A stretch of DNA of 64,000 nt from Psammoneis japonica. Its lineage: Eukaryota. The notes beneath the pieces are model-generated. The model was not told the DNA's origin, ran no database searches, and worked only from the letters and a program-made list of their open reading frames with translations. Positions 1-10,635 of this stretch are shown piece by piece. The position numbers were made by a program, and so were the translations under genes. The DNA lies in assembly GCA_008632985.1 (NCBI GenBank), contig QPGO01000066.1, positions 141,771 to 205,770 on the forward strand, given 5' to 3'. Each line of letters opens with the position of its first letter. Position 1 is the first letter of the stretch.

Positions 1-3000
1 GGATGGATGCGTGGAGGAGCATCGCTCTTGCCATGTTGGAGACGGAGCGAATGCCGCGTTCTGCGACGCCGTTCTGATGGTGGGCGTTGGTTCCGCAAAA
101 ACGTAGACGTTGTTCGTGCTGTCGCATGTGTTGCACAAAAGCATTGGCCTTGAAAGCGCCAGAATCGGCAAGAAATTCTTGGATGATGACGCCGTGGTCC
201 ATCGCGTGCTTTTCAAACGCTTGCTTCGCTCGCACCGTTTCCACAGCAGAGAAACCAAGTTGGTGTTCAATGTGTGGGTAACCGGAGGCATGATCCACAA
301 AAATGCAGCCTCCTTTGTATTGCTGGGACGAGGCCTTCCCGCAGGAGTCGTAGGTTCGGCCGAGGAGACGGGATTCGAAGTGATCCACGCTGACGGCTTG
401 GCCTGGACGTAGATGCTCGGCTCGAAGAGCACCCTCACGCTCTGGAGTAGCCGCATGTTTGGCAGACTTGAGGGTTCGGCGATGTCCTTTGGCATGTTCG
501 CACACCTCGCACCGCGGAATGTCGCAACGCGAAGCATGCTTGAATTTGGGTCGGAGAAAAGGTTCGGCCCGAAGCAGGCCTTGGATGCGTGGCATGTTCA
601 GGTGACCAAACCTGAAGTGCCATTCTTGAAGGAGCTTCTGACCGGTGGTGAGGTTCTGGTTGTCCTCGTGCAACACAGACAGATTGACTTGAGGAGCGGG
701 TGCCACCCCGTTGGTCACAGACGCAACCGGCAAGTGATTTGACGCGTGCGCGACCTTGAGCGAACCGACGCCATCAACATGCACTCGAAATGAGTCCTCG
801 TCTCCCTCACATTTTCCTGTCACGCCATGTTCCTCACTGTAGAGGCGTTGTGGGGATAGAAGACATTGTCCGGCCTGAGGCACATGGTGCGCCATCGTCT
901 TGACGACGAGCTCAGAGCCGTCCTCGTCATGGAAAACCCAGGAGACGGGTCCGATGCCGGCGATGGTTAAGCCATTTGCTAGACCCCCCAGCTTCAATGG
1001 GCCATCAGGGATCGTCAGAGGTCCGACAAAGTTGTTTTCATTGTAAGTGATGGCTAAGGATGCGCCAGTGTCGCACATGACGGTGTGGCGCTCATGTGCT
1101 GGGCTCAGCAAAGCTTGCGGGTCGGCGGCGAGTTGTGCTAAAGAACGTTGGCCCGTCAATGCCTGCATAGAGGCATGAGCAGGACAGGCTTCGGTTCCGT
1201 CAGCAGCTGCCTGGAGAAGCTTCACAGGGTCTTGCCATGGAGTGGTGTCCACGAAACCAAACTTGGTGGACAGCTCGTCGAAACGAAAATAGTCCGGAGA
1301 GAGCTCCTCAACCGCATCAAAGCAGTGGCTCGGCTCGGTCGGGAGCGGGCCGAGGGCTTCCTCTGAATCACAGGTGTCGAAGTGGGACTCGGGGTCTTCT
1401 AGAGCTGGAGGGATGCAGCGGCCTGGGGAAGAGCATACGTCGTTCTCCCAGAGCTGCGTGAATTTCTTGCTCAGACAATGGTCCGGATCGCGCTCCACAA
1501 ATTCGGCAAGCACTTGTCGCGCCTTGATCTTGTTGTGTTCCACCAAACTGCCCGGATCTAACACCATCTTATCGTCTGGTTCTTCAATGATCGAGTAGAC
1601 CTGAGAGCTAGCTTTGGAGAAGCGAGAAGGGACATTGGAGAATGGATGCGTGGGAAGCTGACCGTTGAAAACAGACGCCCAGACCATGATAGCTCCAGTC
1701 AGCACCATCCAGGTAGAGGGGAAACCGTGAATGGTTGGGATGGATGCCTTACGGCGTATACGACGAGGTAAGACAGGAATCGGCGCACAGCAAATGTGTA
1801 GTAGCGTTTCCCAGAACATAGCAAACAGCCAGAAAACTCGGAGCTTCAAGAAGTTCCAGAAAAGCTCAAGACGAGAGCTCGGCGTTGCCTCCTCGACGCT
1901 ACAATCTACATCTTGGGGTTCGGGATCGTAAAATTCGAAACCGCGATGCTGGGTGCTTGGAGGTAAGTGCTCGTAGCTGTCTTCGAAAGGTAGGATGCTT
2001 GCCCCGGAAACGAGATCGTCTGACACATCGTCGGACAGACCTTCCACGTGAGTTGCGATCGTGTCATAAAACACGTCCGGATTTTGAATCTCGTGCATGG
2101 CATAGGCCGGAAATAGCTCGATAGCTGACGGTAGGGAGTCAAAAGAGGAGTGAGCGTCGGAGCACTCGGAGTAATCGTCAGCGTCTTCGGGGTCAACCGT
2201 TTCAACCAAGATGGGAGCGGGTTTGGCCACGGCAGTCTCCCTCTCGGCCGATGGAGCAGGAGTGAACGAGACGGTCGTAGTCACTGGAGTCGAACTCAAA
2301 GAGTCGTCCACAGGTGCACACCACATGCCGCAATAAACCAGCTCGTTAGGGTCAGAGGGTTCGTCTGTAGGCGGAGACGTCGTCTGCTCGGGAGGACCAA
2401 AAGGAATGCCCGAAGAGGGGTCCGACACAGCAGATAAATTTGCCGCAGCGGAGGTTTCGGTGTTGACAGACGGTTTCCCGGTGTGTTGAGCGGAGGAGTG
2501 GCCTTGACACATGCCCTTCTTGCCCGTTTCCTTGTTCACACACTTGTCGCACCAGTGCCAGGTCGTGCCTTTCTCGTCGGTGACAGTGGCACCTTTGTGA
2601 ACGAAACGCCAGGCCGGCTTGGGTGGTTTCTTGGAAGGGTTAGTCTTCCGGACGTCCGGAGGGTCATCCTTGGACTTGTCCGCCGTGCCCTTTTTGTCCT
2701 TCTTGCATTGCTCCTTGCAGGTGGGACACGTGCGTTTGGTGCACCCAACCTTGCCACAGCCGCAGCAATGCTTTTCCGAGTTGTCCTTGGCGAGGTTGGA
2801 TTCCGGGAGCTTGGCTGCTAAGGCAAGCCAATCTTCATTGCTAATGAGTTCGCCATGGGTCTTGGTGATCCAGCCAATGAGGCCAACAGGTCCAAGATCT
2901 GCATGGTCGGCATCCTTGGGGACTTCTGCCGGGTCACGCAAGCGACATTTGCGCTCCAAGCGCTTGACGGAGTCGAGCTTGGCAAAAACTTGACGATTGA

Positions 3001-3862
3001 AAAACTCGGAGGATGTCTTTGACACCTTAGATAAAACAGTAGACCCAGTTTCAACTGGTGACGCACAGTCCGTCTGCATGATCTTGAGCAGGCGTGGAGC
3101 TTCGGTTGCAAGCTCGGTGCAGTCCTCGCCAGGGTGGTTGTCCAGAGTTAAGTCGTTCAACTTTTCCTTGGCGGCCTTGACGTCAACCAGAGCACTGGCG
3201 TTGCAGGCATCCAGAGCCATCATAAATGAGACAGACCCCGGAAGATCCTTGCAGTTCTTCAAGTGATTGAACTTGGCTTCAATCTTTTCACGGAAGGTTT
3301 CGGTGACACGCGACTTGACGATGAGTTGTGACAAGCCGATGTCATCGATTTCATGCTGATCGTAGCCTTCGTCACCTGCAGCCGCCACACGGGTCTCATG
3401 TTCCTTCTCAAGGTCTTTGACAGTGAAGGCGTGAAGATGATCAAAAAGGTGCACGACCTTGCCGTCGACTTTCTTGAGATGGCAGAAAGTTTCTTGTCCG
3501 CGCGACTCGATCAAGTCCTGAATGGTCTTGACGAAGTGGTCTTTGTCCAGTTCAGCACTGGAACCGTTGGATAACTCAATCTGGCCGTTGAACTTGGATG
3601 TGGTTGCCGAAGCGAGTTGATCTCTGAGAGATCGCTCGATGGAGTCGACAGCTTTCGGATGGCGACGTTGCGAGGCAAAACGGCAGGTGCGGGTGTCGGT
3701 CTGCTCGTGCTTGTTGTTCAGAGCCGAACCACCCAGATGCACTCCATGAGAGTGGTGGACACCGCCGCGAAGCGGCGTGGGGATCGCAGGAGGGTTGGTC
3801 GAGGTTTGCATCTTGGCGAAGGCCTCAGCAAACATCTTGACGGTGTCAGGATCCATGGACAT
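1..3862 (-). CDS. Copia gag-pol polyprotein, at least 1287 codons, runs off the window
   Basis: Manual translation from ATG 3862 (MSMDPDTVKMF) stays open to position 2. It is absent from the ORF track because no stop occurs in the window. Motifs: zinc-knuckle-like CCGCGKVGCTKRTC (~2770-2730), aspartic protease CDTGAS (~1078-1061), GAG-pre-integrase WHFRFGH...CEVC (~620-495), integrase core SVDHFES...VDHASG...LADSG...NAHHQNGVAERGIR. Confidence 0.92.
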   Translation of the reverse strand, partial: MSMDPDTVKMFAEAFAKMQTSTNPPAIPTPLRGGVHHSHGVHLGGSALNNKHEQTDTRTCRFASQRRHPKAVDSIERSLRDQLASATTSKFNGQIELSNGSSAELDKDHFVKTIQDLIESRGQETFCHLKKVDGKVVHLFDHLHAFTVKDLEKEHETRVAAAGDEGYDQHEIDDIGLSQLIVKSRVTETFREKIEAKFNHLKNCKDLPGSVSFMMALDACNASALVDVKAAKEKLNDLTLDNHPGEDCTELATEAPRLLKIMQTDCASPVETGSTVLSKVSKTSSEFFNRQVFAKLDSVKRLERKCRLRDPAEVPKDADHADLGPVGLIGWITKTHGELISNEDWLALAAKLPESNLAKDNSEKHCCGCGKVGCTKRTCPTCKEQCKKDKKGTADKSKDDPPDVRKTNPSKKPPKPAWRFVHKGATVTDEKGTTWHWCDKCVNKETGKKGMCQGHSSAQHTGKPSVNTETSAAANLSAVSDPSSGIPFGPPEQTTSPPTDEPSDPNELVYCGMWCAPVDDSLSSTPVTTTVSFTPAPSAERETAVAKPAPILVETVDPEDADDYSECSDAHSSFDSLPSAIELFPAYAMHEIQNPDVFYDTIATHVEGLSDDVSDDLVSGASILPFEDSYEHLPPSTQHRGFEFYDPEPQDVDCSVEEATPSSRLELFWNFLKLRVFWLFAMFWETLLHICCAPIPVLPRRIRRKASIPTIHGFPSTWMVLTGAIMVWASVFNGQLPTHPFSNVPSRFSKASSQVYSIIEEPDDKMVLDPGSLVEHNKIKARQVLAEFVERDPDHCLSKKFTQLWENDVCSSPGRCIPPALEDPESHFDTCDSEEALGPLPTEPSHCFDAVEELSPDYFRFDELSTKFGFVDTTPWQDPVKLLQAAADGTEACPAHASMQALTGQRSLAQLAADPQALLSPAHERHTVMCDTGASLAITYNENNFVGPLTIPDGPLKLGGLANGLTIAGIGPVSWVFHDEDGSELVVKTMAHHVPQAGQCLLSPQRLYSEEHGVTGKCEGDEDSFRVHVDGVGSLKVAHASNHLPVASVTNGVAPAPQVNLSVLHEDNQNLTTGQKLLQEWHFRFGHLNMPRIQGLLRAEPFLRPKFKHASRCDIPRCEVCEHAKGHRRTLKSAKHAATPEREGALRAEHLRPGQAVSVDHFESRLLGRTYDSCGKASSQQYKGGCIFVDHASGYPHIEHQLGFSAVETVRAKQAFEKHAMDHGVIIQEFLADSGAFKANAFVQHMRQHEQRLRFCGTNAHHQNGVAERGIRSVSNMARAMLLHASI

Positions 3863-4163
3863 GGTTGTGGATGATTCGACATAGAGGATCGATTAGTGGG
3901 TAGGGATTGCGACACAGATGATCGCCGTTGGATTGCGACATAGAAGATTGCCGTTGGGTGGGATGTCGTCTGTAACGAGACGAACGAGTGGCAGCAACTC
4001 CGTTGCGAGTTGATGCCGGTGCGTGGATTGGGGTCGTAACCACTTGGGATACAACAATGCACTGTGTAGGATGGAGAGTTCAGGACTCTCTTGAGGTTGT
4101 ACAATACAACAGAGGATGATAAGAAGCAGGTTTGGGACAATAAGATACGCTAAAGATACGAAT

Positions 4164-4358
4164 TGTGAGAAGATCTCACGAGGGATTGGAGATGACATTA
4201 TGACCTAACGGTCGTGTGTGTCACTCCGATTACTATCGCTAGAAGACTCAACGGACATTTCTTCCGGAAGAAGAGATCCATGACCGGAAGCGTCATCCGT
4301 GAATCAGATTCGGTTGTTGACTCGTGACTGGGGGGGGGGCTTATTCCATTATCTCACA
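4164..4358 (-). repeat. 5' LTR of the copia element (195 bp)
   Basis: Perfect 7-bp terminal inverted repeat TGTGAGA (4164-4170) / TCTCACA (4352-4358), with canonical TG...CA ends, upstream of gag. The partner LTR and TSD are not visible. Confidence 0.75.
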
Positions 4359-4430
4359 CAACACCGCAAGGAGAGACCCATAATGATCTTGTGCAGATTG
4401 AAGTGAAGCAGCGAAGATCCTCTTTCAACC

Positions 4431-6822
4431 ATGCCTGACCAACCACAACAAGACAGCATTGCGGAAGACTTGCGATTGCAAGGAAACGATGCCTTTGGCA
4501 CACGCGATTGGGAACGGGCGGTGCAACTCTATCAAGAATCTGTGCGTGCATCTCCATCCGCCAAGGCGTACTCCAATTTGGCTGCAAGTCTATGCAAGTT
4601 GGGTCGTTATGATGAAGCAGAGTCACCAGCTGCTCGTGCTACCGCTCTAGAACCCAAGTGGGCCAAGGGATGGTGGCGACGGGGCAATGTGGCGGAGCTG
4701 CGCAAAATGTTTGGGCCGGCCTTGCAGTTTTATAACATTGCGCTTGAACTGCATCCGCAAGAACGGGCCTTTCAAAAGTCGGTCAAGGACATTCAGAAGC
4801 GTCTCAACATTGTTGACACCAAGAAGAAGAAGGGTCCCAATGGAGAATACGTGGTGCAAGACCTTCCCCATGCGGCGACCCGTGACGGCGTTGAAACCAA
4901 CCCTGCCGCCAAGGCGTGGTTTCGCATGCAAGATGAATTCGGTAGCCAAAACTCTTATACGTTGCGATCCCGTTACATGGCGACTGTAGAAGGCTCCTCT
5001 GAGATGATTCTTCAACGTCCCACATCGCAACAATATCTCTTTCAAGGATTTTCTCCATGGATTTGTGGATTAAAGTCGGCTGTGGGAGAACTCTCGTTGT
5101 GTCTGTCACCGGAGGCCACCATGCAGTGGAGGGCTCGAGTCGCACGCGGATTTGACTCTCAGGTATGTGTACACGGCTACCAGATCATCTGTCATAACAT
5201 TCAGTCATTTTTCGCTGACATTCTTTTTATTCTTTCTTGCTCCTTCAAAAAAAAAACAGGAAGAAGCCTATGGAACCGCAGAGGAAATGTTGGGAGGTTT
5301 TCCCACGGGTCAAGCAGCTGCAGAATTGTCATGTGGTATTGTTCACTTGGGTGGCTTGTACACGTCATTTGAAATGGGAGGCGGTCAAGGTCGTCGTCAA
5401 TTGTGCCCTCAACCCCAATTTTTGACGCGATACTTGGCCTACCAGCCCATTGCCGTTTTGTATAGTGTTGAGGGACTATTTCAAATGGCATGGAAACAGC
5501 ATGGATTTCAGAACGATAAGAATTTTCGATGCGCCAAGTCGGTTTTGGATGCCTCCAAAACATTCTACTCCAACATTGGGGCGCGTTATCCGCATACCAT
5601 TCCCAAGCCCAAACAAGACCCGTCTCCGCTCGAGATTGTTCAATACATCAAGCACAACTTGCACGGGTTCCAAAACGTGGGACAGGGGACTCCGTCAGTA
5701 CGTGTCCTTGCAGTATCGTGGGTCTATCTTATATGCCTGTACCTTGAAAATGTTTGGGGAATTTGGGCCGGCCTATCAAGTCGAAGAGTGGGCTCGCGAA
5801 TTCATAACGCTGGCTGACCAAGCATTCAATGTGTCGAAACAAGAGGCATTTGGTGAAAAAGGGAGTGCTTTTCGACTCGACTTTCGCATTGGCATGCACA
5901 TGTCGCAATTTCAAACACACAATGTATTGCGCGGCGAAAGCATCCATGGACCCTACTCGATGGAACAGTCATTGGATTTGTGCCTCGGTATTATTGAAAT
6001 GGCAATCAAGTGCAAGTGTACGGCGACAATGCCAGTTTCCCCGAGTATACTCGCGTTCAAAATGAAGTGGCTTGGCGTCGCAAGCCTTTGGCTCTGGCAC
6101 ATTCCGCCGTGGCGTCTCATCTCTCTACCATTAATGAGTTGTCGAATTTGGAGACGTTCAAAGAGGTTGCCGCTCATCACGGTTTCATTCCTGACGCGGA
6201 TGCTGATTGCGATCCCTTCGCCTTGATTGCTGAAAATTATCAGGTTGCTGCGACGAATGAACTCCCCGATGCCCCAGAGGCGGCGGTCTTTTGGTGGGCC
6301 CATGGTGCTAACATGGCCTTTGCGACTCCGACAAGTGCTTATACATTGGGCAACCTCCGAGCGGCCATCCAGTCAGCTCGAGCCGCCGAACAGGCTCGTG
6401 ACGTTTATCTTTTTGGGCCCAACCAACATGAAGGGGGCTCGTACGAAACTGTATGCAAACTTGTCGCAAGTCATTTTGAAGAAAAAGCCGACGACTTTGT
6501 GCTTCCCCAGGCAACGCTCGTTTCAGAGCCGGGTCAAAAGAAGTCCCTCAAGATTGGCGACGCTATAATTTGCCCCGACTTTGGTGCATACGAGCGAGCG
6601 GAACTCGAACGGTTGAAAAAGAACCCTTACGCCGACTTGTTGGATACAACCAAACTCGAAAAAGAGCACGGTGCCTCGTTTGAAGGAATCCCGAGTCTAG
6701 AGACTCTTTGCATTCGAGAATTGCACGTAGCAGGCTACGAGCATGCAAAAGGAGAAATGGATGGTGCTGTCATTCACTACAAGGCAGTGATGGCGGCAAA
6801 CGAGGAGGAAGCGAAGGAGTAA
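4431..6822 (+). CDS. TPR-domain protein with an unknown C-terminal region; one intron (5163-5259) and two apparent frameshifts (~5660, ~6010)
   Basis: N-terminal TPR triad (LRLQGNDAF...AYSNLAASLCKLGRYDEA...WAKGWWRRG). GTATGT...ACAG intron joins FDSQ to EEAYG. The protein-like reading passes from ORF 5152 to ORF 5450 to ORF 6010 with no intron signals at the switches. Confidence 0.7.
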
Positions 6823-7076
6823 AACGTACTCTATGGAATACTAGTATATTTTGAATGCTTTGATCATTAAGGAAAAGGCAACATAAGCATTTCAACTCTA
6901 ATATCATCTTGTCCGATCCATTGTGCCATTGTACAATTTCGCGCCGCCTTGACATGCATTGACAAGAATTGCAGGAGCTAGAACTCTCTCCATCATTGCA
7001 TAAGTTGCTGATCCGTTGCCACACACAACGATGAATTTTTGATGTGGTAACGTTAAAACTGATTCACGATAGAATA

Positions 7077-10000
7077 TCACTTATCTTCTGGTTTACTACT
7101 ACCAAAGTGCGTATTTTGGTGAATGCCCATGTTGGTGAGCAAGCCGTGAATATCGTTGGCCTTGTTTCCAATGTTGCCACGCGTTGGAAACGCAGAGCGA
7201 TAATCACGGGGGTCAATAGGAGCATTGGTGGGCGGTGACGTGGCGGTCGTTTGCATGCCGAGTAGATGTGATAGCTGTTCATAGGCCAAGAGCGTAATTC
7301 CAAATTGTGGAGAGGACCGAACGACACGCATAACACTGCCCTTGAAGAAGGCTATTATTGTACAACAAAACGACAGAAAATGCGTGGTGAGCTCTATTCA
7401 GAACAATTCGAATATGAGAGCCAAACACAAAAGACTTTACCTTGATAACCCTCATGTTTTAAAATCTTGACGGTACAGTCACGAATTCCAGAATAGGCAA
7501 GCTCGCCCTCACGCGTTACTACCTGAAGACGCGTCTTGATCACGTCCGCGGGAGTGGTCAAAAACGCGGCTAAAGTTTAGAGCGGGAGGAAGAAAATGAG
7601 ATAACATGATGAGACATTACCTGAAGACCTGACCGTTATCTTCAATACAAACTTACCCGGCACACCGGCCGCTGCTCCCGCGACGAGCAAGTTAGCGGCG
7701 GACGGCTTGTTGGACCCTTCCTTTTTCATGAGATAATCTTTGAACCATGCATAGGCAGGAAAGTAAATGGCAGAAAATGGAATGTCACGCAATAGACACG
7801 CTGCCGCGCCCTTGTAGAGCCCGACAAAACCCAGCTCGGAAACAACATTAAGTGCTGACTGGGGCTTGGGTACCTGTCTACCCTTTTCTTTTAAAAGGCG
7901 TGCCGTCTCGCCTTGTACTTGTAACCGGATCTTTGTAATTTCCAAGGGATTGGTCACCAGTACCTGGCAGGCTCCTGCACAACCACCGCTCAGTATTTGA
8001 AACCCAAGTCCAATCTGCTCCTTGCCTTGACTCGTCACGGTAAAGGCATCTCTCAACATTTGGTTCACAGTCAATTTAATTGCTTTTTCAGGCGCAACAC
8101 CTAGCAGCTGTGGCAAGAGCCCTCGATACATGCCAAAGAAGCCTTCCGTTCGTATTGTCTTGATCAAACAATCCATCGAGTTACTGTACATTCTTGTACC
8201 GTCTAACGCGACGCGCTGGTTTTGCATTCTCGTCTTCACCAAGTCGATCGGGTACACCGCCGCCGCCCCGATCCCCCCTGCAATGGCGCCTAGTGCAAAG
8301 CTTTCGATAAACTCTCTCACATACTCCAACAGTGACTTGTTGCTGTCTTTGGATTCCTGCGCCATATCAGGTATTGTTGTCCCCGATCGATAATCGGGTG
8401 GTGGTGCAAAGGTGAGCTTGCCGCCTCGTCCCGCCACAGCTTCGAGTCGTGGCGAAAATTCCACACCCACAACACTGGCTGTATCTTGCGGCGAAATAAA
8501 TCCATCTCCATCCAAATCAAACAATTGAAAAACAACATCGACTTGTCGTCGACTCAGCTTGCCACCCAATCCAATGACACGATTGGCAACCTTGAAATCA
8601 TCCGGAGAGACCGGACCACCTTTGATTTCACACGCGCGGTGCACCAAATTGCAAATACCCGGCAGCTGCGCCAATACTTCTTGAAAGGCTAAAAAATCAC
8701 CATAGGCAAACGAGCGTTCTCCCAATTTCTTGGATCTGCGTTCCATATTTAACAGGATGGATGCCGATGTGATTTTGGCTGCCAACTCTGGAGTCGAATC
8801 GGCATTGAGTTTATCCGCCTCGACCGCCAACCGCGCCGCCGATTCCGCCGCTTCGATTGGTTCTTGACAATACAGCGCTTCCAATCGATCCGCCACACCA
8901 CTGGGCAATCTCCATCCACAGGCCGTTTTCAAGACGCGGACGAAATGATCGGGCGCTAAATGTTCTTCTCCGTCAATCCCGTGCAAGTCAACTTGATGCA
9001 AAAAGGCTTGTCGTCCCATTTCCCGCTGCAGATCCGACAGAAATTGTGAAAAGGCGTGATGACGAATTGTGAGCGTCCCGTCCTTGCCAAAGTGGCGTTT
9101 CACAAATTCGGAATTGATATCAAAGTAGTTGATTTGTTCGTGGTGTTTTAAAAATTGCTGTATATATTATGCAAGAGACAAGTGAGTATAGCGGCAGCGT
9201 ATCAAAATAAGAGCGGTTGTCATTATTAATTCCGTACCTTGAAGTCTTCCAACGTGATATTTCCCGTTCTTGAGTGGTCCATGAGTAAGAATGCAACTTT
9301 AGACAAGAAAAGAAGAAGCAATAGTGAGTAATCTTCAAGGCTACAAAAAACCGCATTTCCAAAAAAATAACAACTCACTGTCCACTTCTGGATCGGGTCT
9401 TGCCATGAGCAAATGAAACAAGCAAAAGTCGGCCAAATTAATTTTTTGAACACCCTCTTGTTTGCGTAAAATATTGTACGTATTGGCAATCCGTACTCCC
9501 ACCATGGGATCGTTCCCCTCTATTCCATCCCGATCTTTACAACTCTGTACAAAATCATCCATGGTCATATAGGGTGCTTCATCGTCGTCTCCATCCTTTG
9601 AATGCTGCGCGTATTTGGAAAACATGCAAATCATATTGTGACTCGGCAAAACATAGGATCGAAACAAGTGTGCCGGAACGACCCAACACGTGAGGGCAGT
9701 CGAATCATTAGTTCCAACCGTTGCCGAGTGTTGACGATGAAACAAGAAACCTCCGTCACCAAAGAGCGTTCCCGGACCCAACGTGGCAATGTGAACACCA
9801 TCGTGCCACACGTCAGCCGATCCCGATGCTACCGCATAAATTAAACTTTCTTGTTGTACTTCATCATCCAAATGCTGTTGCATGTGCTTGTTATTGGATT
9901 CTAGCAATAATTCATCATCATCGGCATCGTCGGGTTCGACGAGTGTTTCATAAATAAACGAATCCCTCCGTTGCATTGTTGTAGATGTTGGTGGATACTC

Positions 10001-10243
10001 TCCGTCAATGGCACCCTCTTGAATAATCGTCGTATCGGGCTTGTACACTCGTAGTTCGGCAGCCTTGATGAAGCGCTCCACTTGTTCTTCATCCAAACAT
10101 GTAAAGTACGGATTGAGGTGTAGGGCCAATCGTAACAAATCTTGATCCTCTTGTGATTTTGGTTTGTTTTGCGGAATCAATTTTGTCGTTTCCGTCGTCA
10201 TGCGACGAATAATGGATTCTTCCTCGTCTTTTCGTAATGACAT
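7077..10243 (-). CDS. Ca-binding mitochondrial carrier (aralar/citrin, SLC25A12/13-like aspartate-glutamate carrier) with an N-terminal cyclic-nucleotide-binding domain; 5 exons
   Basis: Exons 10243-9379, 9296-9238, 9157-7657, 7569-7441, 7351-7077, all GT-AG and in phase. Three carrier signatures ([33 protein letters not shown]), EF-hands ([25 protein letters not shown]), cNMP-like segment (IIQEG...LGPGTLFGD...HSATV). Confidence 0.9.
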
Positions 10244-10635
10244 GATGATGTTTTGAGGTTTTTACACACAGAGAGATTGACGAGTAAAAGTATAGCTACA
10301 GTGAAAAAAAGGGGGAACGGGATAATAATGAAAAGCAAATGATTGAATACGGTGTATCGAGACAGTGGATGGAGAATGAGTGCATCATCCAGATGCGGTG
10401 CTGTGTGGTGTGTGGCTTCCGAAGAACACGCGACGCACGACACAAAAAATTTCGATAATTCAATATAGTATATGTATACGAATATAGCGGAATGTTGCGT
10501 ATCTTTACGAATATTAATTTATATTATGACTTGAGGAACATATCAAATTTTCGAAAAGACGCCTTCAACCGCGCGACATCATGGTCGAAGTTGATGCCCA
10601 TCGCAATTCATACACAGTATCCTGCTGCTGCGACC

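Larger units (their letters stand above)
1..4358 (-). mobile_element. Ty1/copia LTR retrotransposon (diatom CoDi-like), 5' part; RT/RNaseH and 3' LTR lie beyond the left edge
   Basis: Minus-strand gag-protease-integrase ORF (copia domain order), capped by a 195-bp LTR with TGTGAGA...TCTCACA termini. Confidence 0.93.

Noticed and set aside
4140..4163. Primer-binding site next to the LTR
   Set aside because: The adjacent sequence (ATTCGTATC... on the minus strand) lacks the TGG start and I cannot match it to a tRNA.
87..4198. Short ORFs listed over the copia region
   Set aside because: Overlap the real gag-pol frame, which the track omits because it has no stop in the window.
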